Shown here in pieces: positions 56,057-64,000 of a stretch of 64,000 nucleotides of DNA (the first letter of the stretch is position 1; every line of letters starts with the position of its first letter). A program made the position numbers and the translations under genes. The notes under the pieces were generated by a model. That model did no database searches and was not told where the DNA came from. It saw nothing but the letters and a program-made list of their open reading frames with translations. This stretch comes from Eledone cirrhosa (lineage: Eukaryota), in the NCBI GenBank assembly GCA_964016885.1, contig OZ024754.1:33108001-33172000 (forward strand), read 5' to 3'.

Positions 56057-58226
56057 AACAAAGACTTTATAAAACAATTAATAGATAAATCTGACTCTTT
56101 TATAAGGAGAATCAGGTGGCGTGCATTCCACTTTGATAAATCTAATGCAAACGAAAATGTCTCGGACTTAAACAAAGTTTTCAAATCTAAAAGAAATCCA
56201 CCCCCTAACAAACTTTTATCTGACTTTGAAAACGATATAATTTCTATCATACAAGGGGTCAAATTCAAGAGAAACTTCAAAGGCCAGGAATATCTGAAAG
56301 GCATTAAGGATAACATTGAGAGCTTTGAGAAAACTGAGAAGATCTTGGTGAAATCTGACAAGACCAACAACCTCTATGGAGTGCAGAAAGACATGTATAA
56401 TGGCCTCATACTGAAAGAGCTGAGGAAAAAGTACAAGGTAGCAGATAAGGCCGAACTTGAGAAAATGAATGTCGAAGCATCTTGTATAATGCACGAGTTG
56501 GAAATTGAGAACAGAACACAACCTTTCGTGCCCAGGAAACCGAAGATCAATATGAAGGATCACAAGAGGAATTTTGAAAATGACCTGCCAGTTAGATTGA
56601 TCGCACCATCAAAATCGGACCTGGGCAAATTAAGCAAAAACATTCTTGACAGGGTGATACAGCAAATTAAGAACTTGGATTGTGTATCTAACCTGAGCTT
56701 GTGGAAGGGAACTGGAGAGGTTGTTGAGTGGTTTAAGCAAATTAAATATAACAATAATAATAGGTTTATTCAACTTGATATAGCTAACTATTATTCTTCT
56801 ATTACCCCTAGTCTACTAAATAAGGCACTAAATTACGCATTCAAACATACTGACCTAACTAGCAAAGAAATGCATATTATATTATCGGCTAGGAAAACTT
56901 TGATAGAATTTAATGACAAATTATGGACCAGAGCAGATAGAGATAGCAATTTTGACATAACTATGGGATCATCCGACTCAGCTCAGGTAACTGACCTTGT
57001 GGGCTTATTTTTAATCAATTCGCTACATAGGAAAATACCTGGTACTACCGGAGGTTTATATAGAGATGACATGCTTTTACTTATTAATAATAATAACCCT
57101 GAACTAAATAGAAAATGTAAACAAATTACAAAATTTTTTAATTACTTTAATCCTAAAATAGAAATTGAGAACAACCATAGAATAGTCAATTTCCTAGATA
57201 TAACATTAAATCTCAACACATGTCTCCACTATCCTTTTCACAAGTTGAATGAAAACTTAAACTATGTCAACTTTAACTCTAACCACCCCAGATCTGTCAA
57301 AAACACTATTGTAAACTCTGTTCAAAAACGTATCTCTAGGATCTCGTCGAATAGAAAGATTTTCGACGAAAAGGCCCAATACTATAATGAAGCATTAGCT
57401 AGAGCAGGATATGCTGATAAGATTGTGTACATAGATAATGATAGACAAACTAAACAAAGTAACAACTTTTTTAATTACGGCAACAACCTTAACAACTATA
57501 ATAGAAAGCATTACAATAATTCCAAAGGCCAAAAAAGAAATAGAACTAGGAACATAATTTGGTTTGCCCCCCCCCCCCCCCCCTTTCTCACTAAACATTA
57601 AAACCCACATCGCTAAACTATTTTTCAAAGCTCTTGGTAATCGCTTCCCTAGAACACATAGGTATCACTCAATTTTCAATAGGCATACAATTAAATTAAC
57701 CTACTCATCCACCAAAAATTTAGCACAAAATATTAATAGAATAAATAATAGGAACTTAAAACCTAGTGATAATAGCATAAATAAACAAGTTAACAAATGT
57801 AATTGTAGAGATAGATCTAAATGTCCGTTAAATAACAACTGCTTAGTTAAAAATATAGTATACAATTGTAATGTTAATACTGACTCTAATTCTTTTAACT
57901 ACGTCGGTTCCACATCGACGGAATTTAAACTTCGCTATAATAACCACAAGAATTCTTTCACAGATCCAAGCAAAAAATCTTCAACGGCACTATCAGGCGT
58001 ACTCTGGCAACTTAAGCTAGATAACGTCAGATATTCGACGGCTTGGAATATAGTCTCAAGAGGGATTCCTTTTAATTCATCCTCTGAGACATGTGACCTC
58101 TGCGCAGAGGAGATATTCTTTATACTAAAATCTAAAAATTCCCTTAATCTACGGACAAATTTATTCAGTTGTTGCAAACATAGATTAAACTCAACGTTTA
58201 AATATAAATTTAAATTTAAAATGTAG
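56057..58226 (+). CDS. Penelope-like RT + C-terminal GIY-YIG endonuclease; 5'-truncated, one frameshift at the poly-C run 57566-57583
   Basis: Open from 56057 (KQLIDKSDSFIRRIRWRAF), KSDKTNNLY, PVRLIAP, QLDIANYYSSI, FDITMGS, GLYRDD, VNFLDITL, SNHP; second frame CNCR..CPL..C, NIVY...YVGST..FKLRYNNH, CDLC, CKH. Confidence 0.92.
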
Positions 58227-59600
58227 TATATTTAGTTTGTTTTATATTTATATGGGAAACTAGCCGATAAATCTTTGATTCCTTCTTTTTATTCTTTTTA
58301 TTGTTTATTTTAATTTTATTTTTATTTAAACATTCCTCATGAAAAATTAAGCTACCCTAAAAGCTGATGCTCCAAATATTTTGAATAAACCTTACACTAG
58401 ATAAACCTCTATATTAAATATAAGAACACATGTAGACCATTTTGGGCATCATAAACTTTTTGAAATGATCTTTGCTAGATGTGATTTGATGGATAATTTT
58501 TGGCTTTGTCTGTTTTTCGACTCTGATGCTTATAATGAACTTGGCAATATATTGTCAACTAATTTTGAAGGGTTGATCTTTGTGGTTTATTTTTATTTTT
58601 TATTATTGTAGTATTTTCTAATATTTTTTATTTTTATTTTTAATATCTTTAATATGTAAATTTTTTAATATGTAATATTTTTAATATGTAATATTCTTTC
58701 GTAATATTTTTATTTTTTTAGTTTTCTATTTTATTATTACTTATTATTATTATTGTTATTTTTTATTTTATTTTTTTAGTTTTGTTTCTGATATATATTT
58801 TTATTAGTATATTGAAATCTGCTCTCTATTTCTGCTTGATAGATAATCTTGTAGAGTAAAGACACGAATAATAATACACATATTTGTATACTCAAAGTTT
58901 TATACCACATTGAGAATATTTTCCGTGAACTTAGAGTTTGCAGAGTTGATCATGTGGATTCACATGGATGTTTGTAGCTATCACATAAACATATGAATTT
59001 TTTTAAAAAACTAAACGTAAGATAATTAATTTTCACACACTATGGATACTTGTCTCATTCAGGAATACTGATATTTACAATATAGTGGAAGTTTTATAAA
59101 TACTAATACATTAAAACATAGGGTTTTTTACGCCTCGAATATATCTGGCTATTTTTTAAATTTTTTTCTCTCGCTATTTTTTCCTCTCTCTATATTATTT
59201 CTCTCTATATATATCTCCCTTACATTAATACTAGAGCTAAATAAATAAATAAATAAATAAATAAATGTACCATTGATACATTTACTCAACTGACCTCCCA
59301 CTACCTAATTTTCTATATATATATGTATCTATCTCTATTTCCTCTCTCTATATATATATATCTCTCTTTCTGTTTCTTTACATGAAGTTCTTCTCCTTAT
59401 ATATCTCTCCATCTCTCTACTTTGTTCCATGCATTTCTTCTTTTTCTTCCTTTTCTTCGTTTTCTGTCTTTCTTTCTTTTTTTTTCTCTCTTTCTTTCTC
59501 TCTGTGTAAAATTTTTTCACTGCCAGCTCAACCTCTCCAAATGCAAGTCGGTGTTGTTACGGTATGTCGAATCTATTTATCTATAAAACTGTTTATATTG

Positions 59601-59666
59601 TATTTTGTCTGAGGAAGGCATAGCATATTGTTAATATGATATCCCCGAAATATATATAATGAAATA
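59601..59666 (+). ncRNA. Type I hammerhead ribozyme in the Naiad 3' pLTR
   Basis: tattttgt-CTGAGGA-aggcatagcatattgttaatatgatatcccc-GAAA-tatata-TA-atgaaata. Confidence 0.85.
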
Positions 59667-59794
59667 AATATGGTTTTATAAATATAGTTTCCATTTATTT
59701 AATATTGTAAATATACTCCAAATATTTGTCGAGTGCTTTTATGTCAGTTATAAATATTTACTAGTTGTAACCCAACAATTTTAAATATAACTTT

Positions 59795-59968
<174 letters not shown>

Positions 59969-60072
59969 ATATATAAATATATATATATGTTGTTATACTT
60001 TGGGAGGGTCATGTTGCTAAACAAATTCAGAAACGAAATATATATATATATGTATATATATATGTATATGAA

Positions 60073-60103
<31 letters not shown>

Positions 60104-60190
60104 GAATATATATATATATATATATATGTATATGAATATATATATATATGTATATAAATATATATATATGTATATAAAAATATATATATA

Positions 60191-60250
<60 letters not shown>

Positions 60251-60448
60251 TTCATACGTATATATGTAACTTATAAATAAGATTTTGTAATTAAGATATT
60301 GATATTCAATATTTGATGTTTTATTAAACATTTATCTTTGTAATTTTCACGGGGTCAGTTAGTATGCTTAGAAAAACAATAAAGAGCTTATTTAAATTGC
60401 TGTTAATATAATCAATAGACTTGGGTAGTTGGTGGGAGAGTTTGAAAA

Positions 60449-60890
60449 TAATTGTTTCTACTTTAGGCACAAGGCCAGCAATTAACAAGTACATTACTGG
60501 TACTTTATTTTATCGACCCCGTTTGAAAATAATATAGAAAAAAATAACGTTGAAAGAGATATAAGGCTAAACAATGCCAAAGGGACTGTAAGATGGGGTA
60601 ACGAAAAGTAAAAGTTTCCTGAATAATGTCTTCTGATATATGCACAAGGCCAACATTTGTAGGCCTTTAAGTAAAAAGTTTCTGATGTTATCATTCAGGA
60701 GGACTATGGAAACCGTTATTAATCAGAAACCGTTATTAATCGGGAAATGGGAGTTGTAGATTAGCTGAGTCGTTAGGACATCGGGCAATAGTTTTGCAGT
60801 AATTCTTGCCGTTACTTACGCTATGTGTTCAAATCTCAGTACAGTCAGCTTGCCTTTCATCCTACCGAGGTCGATAAAATAAAGTACAAG
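60449..60890. mobile_element. SINE fragments (60449-60521 minus; 60755-60890 plus)
   Basis: Tail and core matches to the SINE consensus. Confidence 0.7.
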
Positions 60891-60902
60891 TTAATAATAT
60901 AT

Positions 60903-61201
60903 ATAGGAAAAAGTATGACCCCGACGGTAGACCTCAAGCCGTTTCGACGGCTATTTCTGTCCAGAAATAGCCTTAGAAAAACGGCTTGAGCTCTGCCGTC
61001 GTCGGGGTCATACTTTTTCCTATTTCCCACTCTACTACCCTAAGTATTGAGTACTCTGGTATTGTGGTAAGGAACCAGATGGACCATAACGCACCAGAAT
61101 ACTCAATACTTAGGGTAGTAGAGTGGGAAATAGAAAAAAGTATGACCTCGACGGCAGAGCTCAAGCCGTTTCTACGGCTATTTCTGTCCAGAAATAGCCG
61201 T
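60903..61201. mobile_element. Doubly folded-back remnant of the 15131 family
   Basis: Three alternating-orientation copies of the gacggcagagctcaagccgttt module with the tail in both orientations. Confidence 0.8.
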
Positions 61202-61285
61202 ATATATATATATATATAAGTTTATCCCGGGTTATTTCGGGGGTAACCACAGTAAGTAAGGTACTCAATACATAGCAGAGTATAA

Positions 61286-61351
<66 letters not shown>

Positions 61352-62059
61352 AATACAAACATACATAGATACATACATGCATACATACATATATCTGTCT
61401 GTCTCATTGTATATGTACATGTGTGACTGTTCGCCTGTGTGTGCATGTGTACGTGAGTTTGTACGTGTGGTGTGTGTGGTGTGTGTGCGTGTGTGTGTGT
61501 ATATGTATGCCCCCTCTCTCTCTCTCTATCTCTATCTCTCTCTCCTCACTCTCTCTGTATATGTGTGTGTGCCTGTGTATATGCGACTGTGTGTATAGAT
61601 GTTCTATTAAATAATGACTTCTTTCATATTTTTTTTAATATTCTAAAAGAGAATTCCAAGATGTTAGAAAAAAGAAAACTAGAGATAAAAAAATTGTGAG
61701 AATTAACGATGTAAGATGGTTTCCTTCAAAAGAATTATTCATAAGACGCTGACAATAATTTATTTTCTTTACGCATGCGCTAATTTGAGAGAAACGGACG
61801 TAATATGGAAATATAAAAAAATGAAGAAAAGTTAGGAAAAAAAGACATTGGAGAAGAAGAAGAAGAAGAAGAAGAAGAAGAAGAAGAAGAAGAAGAAGAC
61901 GTGCAGGAGAGAAAAAGGAGAGAAAAAAATGTGAATGAGAATTTGATTTTCTTGAAAAGAGTGATTGATTTGTATGGCTGACGATAATTATTTACGGGTT
62001 GTCACAGCGCATGCGCTACATAGGTGAAGAGAAAAACAGGATCAAACAATGATGCAAAG

Positions 62060-63845
<1,786 letters not shown>

Positions 63846-64000
63846 ATGTATTATATACATATCCAGAGGAGAGAGACAGGACGAGTGAAACTATCGAAAG
63901 AAAAGCACGGACGATGAAAGTGTTACAAAAATAGATGTTGTTAAAGAGAAGATAAAAAATGTCGGATATTGCTTGTATCGTCTGCTTTGTGTTATATTTT

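Noticed and set aside
56057-59000. Selenocysteine recoding/SECIS, known for some Naiad elements
   Set aside because: No in-frame TGA in either ORF segment; the only break is a homopolymer frameshift; no convincing SECIS seen

Overview
This is a eukaryotic, AT-rich, extremely microsatellite-rich window with no confidently identifiable host gene. The SINE types and repeat landscape suggest an octopus/cephalopod genome (inference). Nearly all ORF-track entries are translations of (TA)n, (CA)n, (CT)n or (GTT)n repeats. Real coding sequence comes from retrotransposons. These are a near-full-length Penelope-like element (Naiad-type RT + GIY-YIG, 55997-59796), two tandem Tx1/L1-clade LINE copies in (GATA)n (22719-26600), an R4/Dong-type RLE fragment in (TAA)n, and RTE-clade fragments. 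There are also about 25 tRNA-derived SINEs, a hAT MITE with an 8-bp TSD and a 2.1-kb minisatellite open on both strands. The most striking hidden layer lies in the short unique-looking islands between (TA)n runs. Most are 3' ends of many different Penelope-like families, often as fold-back inverted repeats with a single-copy tail. About 20 carry recognisable type I hammerhead ribozyme cores (stem I-CUGANGA-stem II-GAAA-often palindromic stem III-UH-stem I) with very diverse stem II/III lengths. All structures were read by eye; none were folded computationally or searched against databases.
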